DNA of 64,000 nucleotides. It comes from Octopus sinensis. Its lineage: Eukaryota. The position numbers and the translations under genes are program-made. The notes beneath the pieces are model-generated. The model saw only the letters and a list, made by a program, of their open reading frames with translations, made no database searches and was not told the origin of the DNA. How positions within the stretch are numbered: the first letter of the stretch is position 1; every line of letters begins with the position of its first letter. The stretch spans positions 124,310,001-124,374,000 of the forward strand of contig NC_042997.1 of the NCBI RefSeq assembly GCF_006345805.1, given 5' to 3'. Positions 14,607-29,454 of the stretch are shown piece by piece.

Positions 14607-15842
14607 GTTCATTGGCGATGATAATATATACCACAGTATCCAAGAATCAGTCGTAAGATACATTCGTTTGAGAAGGATATTTCTCCCCTGTTTTTATATA
14701 TATATAGATGCATGTACATCTTTGCGATAATGAGGTTCAACTAGAGCAATTCAAACTAAAGTCTGGTAGATGACAATATATCTACTCATCATAATGAATA
14801 TTTAATGCTGATGCACTTAGAATCAATGAGATTAGTGAGCATTTTTCTCCTTATTTGGATTCTTTCTAACACTATGCTCCTTATATTAATTTTAGAACGT
14901 GACTTGAGCATACAAATATCTATGATTGTTATTAATAAATTTATATATTATATTACAATGCAATCTTGTCCAAAATCTTAGTCAACTTTTGAAATGCTAT
15001 CCGTTACATAATTTCACTACGTTATTTTTCTTCATCTAAATCTGTTGTGCTATACGATCTAAAATGTGCATTCTTACTACTGTATCATATATATTTGTGA
15101 AATTGTAAACTGAAATTGTATAAAGTTTCAATGTAGAAGTAATATAGGTATGCCGTGCGCAGTTGTTGATGTCTAGCAATTAAGACAGACCTATTGTTTT
15201 GAAGTAAAACAAAAATCCTTATTCTGAAGAAAGTCCGTCTCAGTGGTTTAACCTAAAATTTCTTCACAATGTATGAACCTATTCAGGCTTCAAAAATTTT
15301 TAACAAATTTTGGAGACCCAGGGTTGAAGAGTCAGGATATATTAGAAGTCTCTAGAAGAAAATGTTCTATTGCTACTTGAAATATAAATTTGAGATATGC
15401 TAAAAATTTGTCTTCTTACTATAGCATTTTAGGACTGTTATAGGATATGCGTCCATATCAATTAACGTCTTCATATATGTCATTGATTCTCATTTGGTCA
15501 GGTGTATGATACTCTCGGATATATTAAGACATTGTAATGATAATATTTTTAGCACTGGGAAAAATTATAGCTGGGAGGTTATAATGATATCGACGTCAAT
15601 GTTATGATGATTTTATGATGTAAATATGTTACAGTTCTTAATTGTTTGTGTGAGTTGTAACAGTTATTTATAACTATGACTGCATCAAAAACAAAAAAAA
15701 TTCGTTAAATTTTATAGCTGAAAGAGATAGCAGTTAATAACATCACTCAACAGATATTAATGAAAATATAAAATAAGCAAAAGAATAATTACATGCTATA
15801 CAAAAACATGTACACAAAAACATACACCTGTATGCGAGTATG

Positions 15843-15880
<38 letters not shown>

Positions 15881-15888
15881 TTATATAT

Positions 15889-15924
<36 letters not shown>

Positions 15925-15941
15925 ATATGTATGTATGTATG

Positions 15942-15973
<32 letters not shown>

Positions 15974-16043
15974 TGTCTATGAATATATATACATATATAT
16001 GGATATATACATATCTGTAGATCTGTAGATGTATATAAATATG

Positions 16044-16079
<36 letters not shown>

Positions 16080-16417
16080 ATATATACATATATATACTAG
16101 ATAAATATGTATATAGATATAGAGCTTAAGATGTATAGTTAAGTGTATATATGCATACATGAATTTATCCAAGTAGGTATTTTCATGTAAAAGCAAATAT
16201 ACGTACATGCGTGTAGGTGTGTGGGTGGGACGGTTGTTTGTGAAAGAGAGAGTGAGCAGGGCAGAGTCTGTGTGTCTGCATGTGCGTGTGTGTACATGTG
16301 TGTCGTGTATTATTGGATAGATGTGTTCATAAATATATATAGAAAAGTGTACATACATTTATATTTATATATATATATATATACATTCGTGTACGTATAT
16401 ATGTGAGTGTATATAGG

Positions 16418-16448
<31 letters not shown>

Positions 16449-18125
16449 TATGTATATATATGTGTGTGTGTGTAGAGAGAGAGAGAGTGAGAGCAAGGGA
16501 AGAACGCTGCACAAACTATACGCACGTTTTATATTTGAGCAAACTGCAAAACGGTGAAATTGTGCATCGTATTATAGAGATAGTCTTCTGTATTGAAGAT
16601 GAAGTATATGAACATATATGATGATGAAATATATGTTTATATCGATTGTGCAAATTGTGATACTAGTAATATTAGGATTTATTTTAAATATTATAAATAT
16701 AAAGTCCTATAGATTTGAACATTTCAATTTGTCAGTATATAAATATCATATAAAAATTTTCTTGAATAACTTGAAGGTAATATGCACATCGACTAAACAG
16801 ATACATCTCACTATAGCTGTACATATATGTGTGACTGCGTGTGCGTACGTGCGTGCGTATGTGTGTGTGTGTATGTTGGTGTGTCTGTGTGTGTTTGTGT
16901 GTGTGTGTATATTTCTAATTGGAAGTGTGTTATACGTTTTTATACATCACTAACCTGTTTTATATTCTGAATATTTGATAGTTTATTTTTCTTTTAGAAA
17001 ATTATGGCTATATTATCTTATTATATATTCATCACTCCCGTTTCTATATATTCCTGGTTACATTTAATGCAAGAAAACAGGAACATAATAAGTTAATGCC
17101 TCAATCTGCATCAATTTTACATCTATAAAATTTATTCTGGTGAAACATGGATTTATTTACAATATGAGAATTTTGTGTGCAGAATATTTTTGATATAGAC
17201 GTATATAGAACATGTTTATAAAAACTATATATGAAAGAACAGTTATTATGCATTTATGTAGTCATTCAATACAGTATGTAGAACTGGAACATCTAAGCCA
17301 GCAATTTTGGTATATAAGAAAAGTAAGAAATTAATTATCAATATACATGTTTGTACAATATCTACCGTATATATTTGTGCCATTGATAAATGTAATTATG
17401 TGAGTAGCACATCTGCAATTTACATTGGAATGTGGAATACTTGTCAAACTTTAGACAATGTATGTTTGGATACTCTATATAAAAATTAAATGGGTATAGA
17501 GTTAAAATATATCTTAAATGTGAACGCCTGTGTACAGTGGAAAGTTTAAGATATGTTTTATTTATTTTATAAATTGTTGCATGAAATGAAACTGAATTAT
17601 GTTTACAGAGCAATAGAGAGAGAGAGATTTAGCTGAGAAAGTGAAACTTCATCATATAAACTGACATCGATTAATCGTTAATTGGACAAACCTATTGTGT
17701 AAAATTCGATGCGACAGAAAACAAAAAAACATCGTTCATTATTTAAAGATTCGGTGACATGAAAAGGGAGGTAGATGGTTAAGAGATATTAGCATGTATA
17801 CATCATAAATATACTGCTGACTAGGTTATGCAAAAAAGTACTACATAGGAGAATAGATATGTACATAGTGATATGTTTATATACACTGATAGATATGTTG
17901 GTAAGGAGTGAGGTAGAAAGGTATGTACGCATACTTACATATATTTTGATCGCAAAAAGCTGGGAAAGCCGGCAGGTAAATAGTATGCAGGTAGTCGGTT
18001 ACATAATTAGAATGACGGAAGGGCTAGAAAATACACACACACAAATGCACTCACACGCTAACACACACATTATACGTATAAATAATTATGTATAATAGTT
18101 AAATATATATGACAAAAACACATAG

Positions 18126-18177
<52 letters not shown>

Positions 18178-18227
18178 TAATGCACCTGCTTGATGATCAT
18201 ATACCTGTATTCATCTCTGTAAAATTC

Positions 18228-18274
<47 letters not shown>

Positions 18275-18729
18275 CAGACACACATATACACATATGTAAG
18301 CAAGCACTTAATTATCTAGATACTCAATTATTATTAATACGCAGTGAAAGTAACTCGGTGACAAACAGATACAAAATTTCCTAGATGTCTTCAAATGTGA
18401 TGAAGTTTCCTTTCTTATTACTGTTTAAACAAGCCTGACAGATCAGAACTATGATCAAATATATTCTTTTTGACATTATTTAGTCTTCATCAAACATAAT
18501 GCATCTAGAAATATATGACACAGAGTCTGTTTTCTGTTTTCGTGCAAGACGGTAAAGTGTCATATGAGGAATATTTGACTGTTATTATAAAAGAACAGTC
18601 AACTGTCGTGATTGGTTTTGGATTTCTTTAATTACTGATAATCGAAGAAGAAGACCTTCACTTATGTGTCAAACTGCATAACCCGATATATCTAAAGCTA
18701 TGTAACCCAAATATATCCTCGTTGAAAAG

Positions 18730-18985
18730 AAAACGATAGAAAGCTTTGTAGTAAAATCGTGCTGGCTATTTCTAGTAGACCTAGTGACCAGGTATAAATT
18801 GCCTTTTGGGGCCAAAGGCGTTTTTATTTTCTGGGTGATGTTGTGGGGGTGGGGCATATCGCTAATACGAAAACGATAGAAAGACATGTCGTAAAATATG
18901 CTTGCTGTTTCTCGTAGATCGAGTGACCAGGTATAAATTGCCAATTTGGGCCAAAGGGGTTTCTATTTACTGGGTGATAATGTGA
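18730..18985. repeat. Diverged tandem duplication, 140-bp period
   Basis: aaaacgatagaaag...agtgaccaggtataaattgcc...gggccaaagg...ctgggtgat starts at both 18730 and 18870. Confidence 0.85.
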
Positions 18986-19034
18986 TGGTAGTAGTAGTAG
19001 TAGTATTAGTAGTAGTAGTAGTAGTAGTAGTAGT

Positions 19035-19101
<67 letters not shown>

Positions 19102-20423
19102 ATTGTTGTTGTTGTTGTCGTCATTGGTGGCTTTGATGTAGTTGTTGTTTGATGTGGTTGTGGAAAATATGGAAGAATTTGTTGTTTATCACTATGTCAA
19201 CGCTGATGCGCCAGATTTAAGTCCAAAATCATTTTTTTGCTATTTTTGTCCAGATGCTGTGTAGTGTAGTGCTTGACAATGAGTAACTTTTTGTAAAGTT
19301 GTAGGTTATGATTTGTGGAGATTATGGCGTTATTTCTTGTGGATTGCGTGGCCACTAAAATGCTTAACGTAAGTAGCAGAGGAGAGTTAGTTTATTGTTG
19401 TTGTTGTTGTTTGTTGGTTAGTTAGCTTCATCCAGTCAAAATACACTACTTCGGATGTGGAATAATAACAAATGTTTGTGATCTATACGACACAATCTTA
19501 GATACAATCAGTGATGTGTTATACGGAAGAATATGAAACGTTTCCGCCATTGTCCAATTTAATAAAGATGTTTTTATATTTTGATTTTTACTGTCTCTTA
19601 CTGTGCCTGTTTTCACGCAGGTGAAATTTATTAGAGCAAAGCTATCATCAAATTCGTTCAAGTCATGACCATCTGGTTGATTTCATGAGCGAAATAACCG
19701 TGCACCAACATTTCCTAATTTTTTGTTTTCCAGGACGGCATACTGCAATTTTTTAAACGATTTCGCTGCTGATCCCCGGGCGTAAAAAGCACAGGTCTCT
19801 AATTTTCTTTATTTGTTTTTGCTACTGGTTTCTGGACATTCTATATGTGTTGATTAAACGTGCCCCAACGTTATTCTTTCACTATTGCTTCGAGGTCGTG
19901 AAGGACCATAGAAATAAAGGAGAAAAATTAATATTGATATTTGGTAGTAGTTATAATCTAGTGTTATTGTTTCATTGCATTCACTACATATGGAGCTCGA
20001 GTGTGCTCATATAATGTCTGTACTTAATATTTCTTTGACCTAAAATGTCTTTATATGTCATATATTTACATTGTAAAGTAAGAACAAGGATACATTTTTT
20101 CTGTGTAGACCGGCGAGATTCTAAGCAGCAAGATTAATTTGTATGTTATAGAGAGTTCTGAAGATCGATATATAGAAGAATAATTGGTCAAGAAGAAAAA
20201 TGAGTGGGAAGGACAGTATTAGGCAGGATAAATAAGTAAATAAATACGTGAGGTGTCGTTGAGTCTGGTTATTGGTATAGGATGATATATAAATGATATA
20301 TCACAACTGCTTCTGAGCAAATCAGTTCTCCGGTAATATAGTTCATCCGGATTTATAAATATATAAATATAAATACAAATCATCACACAAAAATCCGCAC
20401 GCAAACACACACACATACATATC

Positions 20424-20511
<88 letters not shown>

Positions 20512-20526
20512 CATATATATACATAC

Positions 20527-20607
<81 letters not shown>

Positions 20608-21576
20608 TTAGAAAATTTTAAGATATATTTCACAGCTTCTTAGAACAATTGTAGGGCGGACCCTAATGTCTGTCTGATAATGATACAATAAATTTACTGT
20701 TATAGCTAAAGATCTTATTAAAATGACTATGTTAAAAACCACTAACGCACACTAATATTCATGTACACATACATATCTAATATATATATATATATATATA
20801 TAATATATATAATATATATATATATATATTATATATATATATATATGCATATATATATATATAAAAATAGATATAGATATACATATACATATATATACAT
20901 ATATATACATATATATACATACACACATATATATATACATATATACATATATATATAGAGAGAGGGGTAGGGAGAGAGAGAATAGGAGGTATAAAATATG
21001 CTTGTGTGTGTGATTTTTGTATAAACAGTTATAAAGCAAATATCCGTAATGTACAGAATAATTTTCTATAGGTCACTAAATGCAAGCGACTTCATATCGA
21101 TAAGATATAAAGAAAGAATTATTTGAAAAACTACTCGACAATAGACAATATGAATATTTCAGTATATTACATGTTTAAATTTCTCTTAATATTGTTTTTG
21201 TACCAGCATATATATATATATATGTATGTATACGATGTAATTCAGAAATTGTATTACAACAGTTATGATCATACCGTTCATATGGATATAAAATATGCGA
21301 ACTTCAACGTAATCCCTGCAGACATTGCATAAAACGTTATAGAATTCCGTCCTAGATTAGTATAATTGACCCTACTATATCACGGTTATTTTGCTTCTGT
21401 GATAATATAGCTTAATAATTTCAAACTCTAAATTTATGCAAAATGCATGAAGATAATTATGCAATTTTGTTGCAGCAGAGGAATGATGGATACATAAGTG
21501 CATAATACAACTTCATAAAAATTACACTTCATAAAAATATACAAAGACACACAAACTTATGAGTGTATAAATGTAC

Positions 21577-21613
<37 letters not shown>

Positions 21614-22832
21614 AAAAAATGCGTATATATCAAAATTTTGCGCTTACTTTATAACATAGTGATATAAACCATTGAATCTATCGTGTCGAGATCTCAAAGT
21701 TTAACAATAAAGAATATCAGGAACGTAAGTTTGCTTAATTGTACATGATTAGAAAAAAGAACAGATGCTCATGAACGTATGTATGCATTCATTGTATTGG
21801 TGCGAAATTAATTAGACACAGTTTAAGCAAAAATGACCATTAATAAATGTTATGAATCCATTTCAGAAATACATGAATAATTTTATATAGCACAAGACTT
21901 CATTATGAAGAAATGGTGTAGGTATACTCCTACAAAGACACACATCGACTAAGATATATATATAGCAGAACTGAATAGTCGGCACCTCAAAATGCTAAAA
22001 TCTTTCAGAGTCTGTGTGCTTTATTCTCAGCAGTTTGTGACCAAGATTTTCGTGTGTTCAGAATTATATTCTCATCACACTAAAGACATTTAAAATCTAT
22101 ACTACATATACACATATAAAATTTAAAATCTTTATATTAGGTACACAGAATGGACAGAGAAAATGTGTAGATTTTCACTGCCTAATGGAGGGATAAGAAT
22201 TGAAAACCTGTACACTTATTGCTTTAGTGTAATATCAAAACAATATCACTTCAGATGATCTGCTTCATTTTTCTCCAAAAAAACCTCTATACAGAAGGAT
22301 ATGTATAAATATATACTTAGGGAATATACATTCAGACACACACGCAAAAACACACGCTCGTGCGAGTAGCACCCACGCACACAAACACACACATGCACAC
22401 ATATGTATATTCACATTTAAGAGAAAAAGTGAAAGTTTTTATATATTTGTATTATTCACAAGGAGATGTGGAATAATATTCCATTTTCTTCAACCATATC
22501 TTTAAACATATATGTATTTTAAAAGAATACACGCACATATATATGTGTATGTGCATATATATCCATATATGTACAAACAAATATTCATAAACAAATATTC
22601 ATATATAAACAGATGTGTATATATATGTATGTGTGGGTGGGTGTGTAATTCTGTGCTTTTATATACAATTTTGTGAATTATATGAAGTGGCAGGGAATAT
22701 TTCAACATCGTTTTACTTTCCGTATATATGTATATTTTTATAAATGCTTTAATTTTGCACCTATGGTGGAAGTATATGTATCTCTATTTATCAGTCTATA
22801 TGTATGCATACACACATACACACACACACACG

Positions 22833-22870
<38 letters not shown>

Positions 22871-22871
<1 letters not shown>

Positions 22872-23252
22872 TTTTACATGATTCAATCATTTGAATACAG
22901 CCATGCTGGAGCACCGTCTTCAGTCGAAGAAATCAACCCCAGCATTTATTCTTTGTACGCCTAGTACTAATTCTATCGACTGTTTTGCCGAACCTTTAGA
23001 TTTCGTGGGCATAAATACACTAACAACGGTTACCAATTGTTGGTGGGGGAACAAACACAATCATAAAGACACGTACACAAAAATATACATACACACGACA
23101 GGCTTCTTTCCGTCTACCAAATCCATTCACAAGGCTTTGGTCGGCCCAAGGTTATAGTAGAAAATACTTGCCCAAGTTCCCACGCAGTGAGACTGAACCC
23201 AGAACCAAGTGGTTTGGAAGAAAGCTTCTTACCACACACCCACGCCTGTGCC
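22871..23252 (-). mobile_element. tRNA-derived SINE, family B (CR1-like 3' tail)
   Basis: Minus-strand tRNA-like head (gtgtggtaagaagc...ttctgggttcagtctcactgcgtgg), CORE-like ttgggcaagt, and tail ggtgctccagcatggc shared with other copies. Confidence 0.85.
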
Positions 23253-25343
23253 TATATACGTGTCTGTGTATGTGTGCGTGCGTGTGTGTATGAATACATA
23301 TGCACATACATAAAAAATAAATGCATATATATGCATAAAAATGTAAGTATATATATATATCTTTATCTTGATATATATATGGTATATTATACTGATATTG
23401 CAAATAACATATGGGCTAAATTATGCTATATACATTGATATCGATGCCCCAATAAAGGGATGAAATATATTTGTGTATGTTACTTAGTGTAATAGCTATC
23501 CGCGCGAATGAAGAATTATGTTGGGCCTTTCCTTCTTCTAACAATGCTTCTATAGGAAATCTTTAATATTGTCCTTACACATGATTTACTGAGATTATTC
23601 TAGAAATGATTCCAAACAGTGAACTTTTCTGACCAACAAACATTTTGTTCTGAGATATATTTGATTATTTACAAACGGGATTTTGGGGCTGAACATTAAA
23701 CTCAATACTCACAACGCAGATGATATCGTAAATAAGCAACACTCGAAAATATAATTTGTGAAACGTATGAGTTATCTGAAGAATTTTTACTGGCGTATTT
23801 CAGCATATACTTGCTTATTCGGTTTGTAAATCAAAGCAGCCTTTTAAAAGCGAACAAATAAACTAATATTGATATTTGACTTCTTTGTGCATACTTAAAA
23901 ATATGTTGAGATTATAGTGAAAATTGTATTTATATAAATGAAAAATATTCTTTATATTTAATTGTGTTTAATATTAAATATATTTTTTCTTAAAATCATT
24001 TGGTTTCGTTACAAAATATTTTTGTATGTAACCATTAAGTTTTGTTGCAGACAGATTTTCTTTATGATTTGGCAAATATTTCGATTTTTGAGTATTTTTA
24101 ACTACAACTTTTCAATTCTTTCTTTATTTCGTTATATGTGCTGTAATCATTTCCCGTATGTGCTAACATTACATGATTTCATAGTTCAATGTTACTGAAT
24201 GTGGGAGAATTTCATTTCATTTGACGTTATTTTCTATACGCCGATGTTTCCAGTTTTCCATATCGATAAAGTTTATATACGAAAGTTTTGACAAAATGAA
24301 ACGGACTTTTTTCTCGGGTTGTGTTTTGATCCCTTATTTGTTACATTATTTATCCTAATGATATTGATGTTCCCATCTGTTTTCAATGGTTGTGCTTCAT
24401 TGTACTTGCGTAAATCGCTTTACCGTTTAAGTAATTTCCATATTAGTATTAACGCCATATTCACAATATCCAACCTTGCAGTTTTGCAACATTAAATTCT
24501 CCTTATAATTAACAGTATTCAATTGTCTTCATATAAATGTTAGCCATACCTAGTCAAACTCTATAAATATACTACTTCTTGATTTAGTTGCGCTATGGCA
24601 ATTTCTTTTCTGAGTTTTGCTTCAATTAGACCTATCTTTGGTATTTACGATCTAAAGTTTTACTGCTTTACACTGTTATATATTTCGTGGTTCATTGCAT
24701 TTTCCTTCTAGCTTATATTTTGTAGTTTTTCTTTAAAATGATATATTTGTATGGCTCTCTCTATAAAGCATCTTCCTAAATTAAGAAGTATAATGGAATC
24801 CAACGATACTACTAAATTATGGTTAACTCTATTCAGATACAATGTGTTTTTGTTGTTATTCTCTATTCGTGAATAGATTGCAACAAGGAAGTAGGTATGT
24901 TGTACGAATACAGATTATTATATATACATATTAATGCTTTCCTGGTTGTTTACATGCTGTGGGCGTAATGTTTCTCTTCTATATAATGGTTTCTACTCAT
25001 TCCCTGTGATACATAATATTATACCCGCCATTTTGAGTGCATTCTACATTAAAATGGGGACTGGAGGACATTTCTTTTCTATCGTTTCAGTTTCATGCTT
25101 CTGATGGTTGGGGAGTCATTTTCTGCTTGGATATTCATATTTGAAAATTTGAGGTAAACATTAACATAACGTATATTTAAATTACATTGACACAAATGAG
25201 ATCTAATACGCAACTTAATTCAGCATACGCAAATTTATTAAAATTTTTACCATTTTCTTTATTATTTGTTTCATTGATATTCAAGAAAATTTTCCATGTC
25301 CGGTATCTGCAATATTTAAATGCAGAGAACATGATGCCGCAAT

Positions 25344-25531
25344 CTTCTTCTTCTTCTTCTTCTTCTTCTTCTTCTTCTTCTTCTTCTTCTCTCTTCTTTC
25401 TTCTCTTCTCTTCTTCTCTCTTCTCCTTCTTCTTCTTCTTCTTCTTCTTCTCTCTTTCTTTTTCTTCTTCTTCTACCATCCTCTTCCTCCTTCTCTCTCT
25501 TCCTCCTTCTTCTTCTTTCACACACATCATC

Positions 25532-25573
<42 letters not shown>

Positions 25574-25634
25574 TCATCTCATCTCTTCTTCTTCTTCTTC
25601 TTCTTCTTCTTCTTCTCCTCCTCCTCCTTCTTCT
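25344..25634 (+). repeat. Compound (TTC)n/(CAT)n/(TTC)n microsatellite
   Basis: Directly visible. Confidence 0.95.
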
Positions 25635-25761
25635 TGACCTTGTCAGTTATCGTCTTCACTTTGCACCTCCAATTTTCTTCGCTTCATTTCTTTTTTCCCT
25701 ATTTTTATTAATATCACTATTATAACTATTATTATCAGCATTATATATATATATAATAGTC

Positions 25762-25813
<52 letters not shown>

Positions 25814-26300
25814 TGTTTGTGTGTGTGTGTGTTTGTATAGTTGTATCAGTAACAGAAGCAAGAACACATGTAATCGTATTAGTTATATTGAATTGGCCAA
25901 AATCATTTAGCAACACAATACTTGCTCACCCAACAGTAACAACAAACAAGTTACGGAGAGAAGTATTACTGATATCTGATACAGTAGAAAAACAACACAC
26001 TAGCAGCAGAAGTTGGAGGGACTTCACTGCCTCAAACCTGCGAATTCGTTTCTTCCATTTATGACTTTTTCGTTTGTAATGCTATTCTATGGATATGGGC
26101 GGGGGGGGGAATATTTACCCAAATAAACCTTAACGTCATTTTTGAATCTCCCATGAAGCATTAAGGGTGATGCACTAAAATACAAATATGAGTGCATTTC
26201 ATCTAATAACAGAAGTAATTATGGTGTAATGATGTTCGATACGTAAGTTCTTATTTCTTTGTCATTTTTATTTCTTATATATATAAAAATAATAAATGCG

Positions 26301-26525
26301 CCCTTTTAAAGCCTAGGCAGGCTCATTGGCCCGGTTTCCCAGTTTCTATGGTGTATGTGTTCCCCAGCTGGACGGGACGCCAGTCCATCTCGCAGCGTTA
26401 CTCATTTTTGCCAGCTGAGAGAAATGGAGCAACGTGAAATCAAGTGTTTTGCTCAAGAGCACAACGTGTCGCCCGGTCCGGGAATCGAAACCACAATCGT
26501 ACGATCATGATGCTGACACCCTAAT
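26301..26525 (-). mobile_element. tRNA-derived SINE, family C (CORE-like, RTE-like tail)
   Basis: Minus-strand head tgtggtttcgattcccggaccggg and core gtgctcttgagcaaaacacttgatttcacgttgctcca, homologous to 47130-47250. Confidence 0.82.
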
Positions 26526-26997
26526 TTCTTGTATATAGTCACCTAATTTCTTGTATATAATCTAAAATTGGTAATCTCACATTATTCATAATATATACGT
26601 GTGTACGTGTGTGTATAGACATAGATGTATGTCTGTATATGAATAAAATATACCCACATATATTATATATATATATATAGATATATATATATATATTATA
26701 TATATATAAGATATATACATTTCTATATATATACATATCAAAGTGATCCGTGGCAAACTATGGTAATGTGAACTTCATGATGGCAAATGCTGAAAACTTG
26801 ATTTACTGAAACAGCACGGGCCATTTTGGAGAAATCCATTAATTATATTTGTAGTTGTCATCATCAATAACACTGTGGCCTAACAAGCTTTCCAGTAGGG
26901 CATATGTGTGTGTATCTATCTATCTATCATATCTATCTATCTATCTATCTATCCATATACATTACACTCACACATGTATATATATATATATATATAT

Positions 26998-27044
<47 letters not shown>

Positions 27045-27262
27045 CGGCAAATTAGAAAGTGGAGAGGATACAAAATCGACTTTATAAATTGCCATATAAA
27101 TCAAAGGTAAACCACTTTTTACCCCGGCTCATATATAACACTCGACTGCAAGATTGCCACGTAATAACTAGCACTTGCGTATGAATAACAGGTTAGACTA
27201 CCTGTAGTATATTGTATAGGTACTATCCCTTATTTGGTTCTCAACTTCTAACTCACACAGAA

Positions 27263-27320
<58 letters not shown>

Positions 27321-27481
27321 GAGTTGTGTGATTGAGTATAGAAGAATATGTTAATCAATAAAAACCCAACATAAGTCTGATTTTCACGTAATATTGAAAT
27401 AAACTGCTACTTTCGAACAGATAATTGAACGTGAAAATGAGATTTGGTTGGAATTACATTGGTTAATATTAGCTTATGTTA

Positions 27482-27670
27482 TTTCTTTTACTTGTTTCAG
27501 TCACTTGACTGTGGCCATGCTGGAACATCGCCTTTAGTCAAACAAATCGCCGCCAAGATTTATTCTTTGTAAGCACTTATTCTATTGTTCTCTCTTGCCG
27601 AACCACTAGGCTGCGGTAAAGCAAACACACCATGATCAGTTGTCAAGCATCGATGCGGAAACAGAGACTT
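27482..27670 (-). mobile_element. 3' fragment of family B SINE
   Basis: cttgtttcagtcacttgactgtggccatgctgga...ttgccgaacc...ttgtcaagc matches 41338-41520. Confidence 0.8.
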
Positions 27671-27692
27671 ACAAAGACATACATACATACGA

Positions 27693-27766
<74 letters not shown>

Positions 27767-28984
27767 CATTTGAATGTGTGCGTGCGTTCATGTATGTGTA
27801 TATATGTATAATCATATGTCTATAGATATATATGTTTATAATCTAACAGAGGCAAAGATACATACAGTTACAGATATATATACAATACCTTACGCACACA
27901 AATATATTTTTACATATTTAGTGAGATTTCTCTGTGTATACATATATATATATATGTGTGTATATATGTATGCATGTATGTATGTATGTATGTATCTATG
28001 TATTTATACATGTATATGCTATATCAGTATTTTACATAAATCTCGAATACATATATAATTATCGTATAATTAATAATGCTGTTTATATAATACATTAAAC
28101 ATATTTACACATTTATAATCCAATATGATGCAATTTGATGATTAAACGGTGAATATTATTATAGTTAGCATTACTATTATATCCCATAATGTTTATATGA
28201 AGTTATCTTAACATGTTTTAGGCGGACCGTGATGAAAGGTGAAAATACATACATTTAGTAATGTAATAATGCTCACAAGCTAGGTTGTGTGGTCGATGCA
28301 TATGTGTGTATATCGGCTTCATATATCGGTGCAAATTGTACCCACTTTTATATATGTATATATGTATTTACAATATCTATACAGCATCGAGTAATAATTA
28401 GTCCATTCACTGAGTATAGTAAGTATACGTGATGTGTGACTTCTTAATTCACTAAACTACAATATTCATTCGCCATGATGTTTACTCAGAGGACGGTTTT
28501 TCCTTCTCTGTTACATAGTTTACGTCACTCATGTTGATCGTAACGATACTACATTTGGCAATCGTCATTCCCAATGATGATGATGATGGTGATAATTACA
28601 AAGGTTACCATTGTGAATATTATGAGCATGTTCAAGAAATGTAAATTGCGCTGATTATGTCGATGACTTTGATGATGCGAGTAATGAAAATGATTAGAAT
28701 GATGGAAGGTGTAAATATATACATCTATATAAAATCATCGCCGAGACCTTTTGTCACTCATATCTTTAACTAACATTTCAACTTGTTTCTGATGTAAATG
28801 AGATAATCGAGACATGACATTGCTGTAACGCATCTAAATGCGTTAAAGGAGAATGGTATTTTCAAGACCATAAATTAATCATTATACAAAGATTTCAGGA
28901 CAGGACAGGATTTTGCCTGTAACAAGAGAGGTAACGCATCTATATATATAATATATATTATATATATATATATATATTATATAA

Positions 28985-29033
<49 letters not shown>

Positions 29034-29135
29034 ATATATATATATATCTATATATATCAAATGAAATGGTACTTAAGTCAGGTGCACCAGAATTTGTACG
29101 GTGTTATCCATATAAATATCCATGGGGTGATTATA

Positions 29136-29423
29136 ATCAAAGTAAGCAACAAGAATATCTTCGGTAATTTGGTACGATGGTTTCAGCTACATTATTTTAT
29201 TAAACATTGTAAGTATTACATCAGTTTCAAAATGTTGAGCAATCATCAGCACATCAGTTTTAAAATGTTCGGCAATCATCAGCCATCCATAGCGGAACAC
29301 CTCTACGAATGGCTGATGATTGCTCAACATTATAAAACTGATATAATACTTACAATGTTTAATAAAATGATGTAGCGTGAAACGGTCGTAACAAATTAGC
29401 GAAGATATTCTTGTTGCTTACTT

Positions 29424-29427
<4 letters not shown>
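29136..29427. mobile_element. Fold-back MITE-like element, about 290 bp, almost entirely palindromic
   Basis: atcaaagtaagcaacaagaatatcttcg at the left end is the reverse complement of cgaagatattcttgttgcttactttgat at the right end. Imperfect pairing continues for over 100 bp. It abuts a (TA)n tract. Confidence 0.8.

Positions 29428-29454
<27 letters not shown>

Noticed and set aside
25930-25975. 46-nt minus-strand segment with a good acceptor and a gtgagc donor
   Set aside because: In the phase required after the M4 exon it encodes an implausible hydrophobic run, and no compatible next exon was found.
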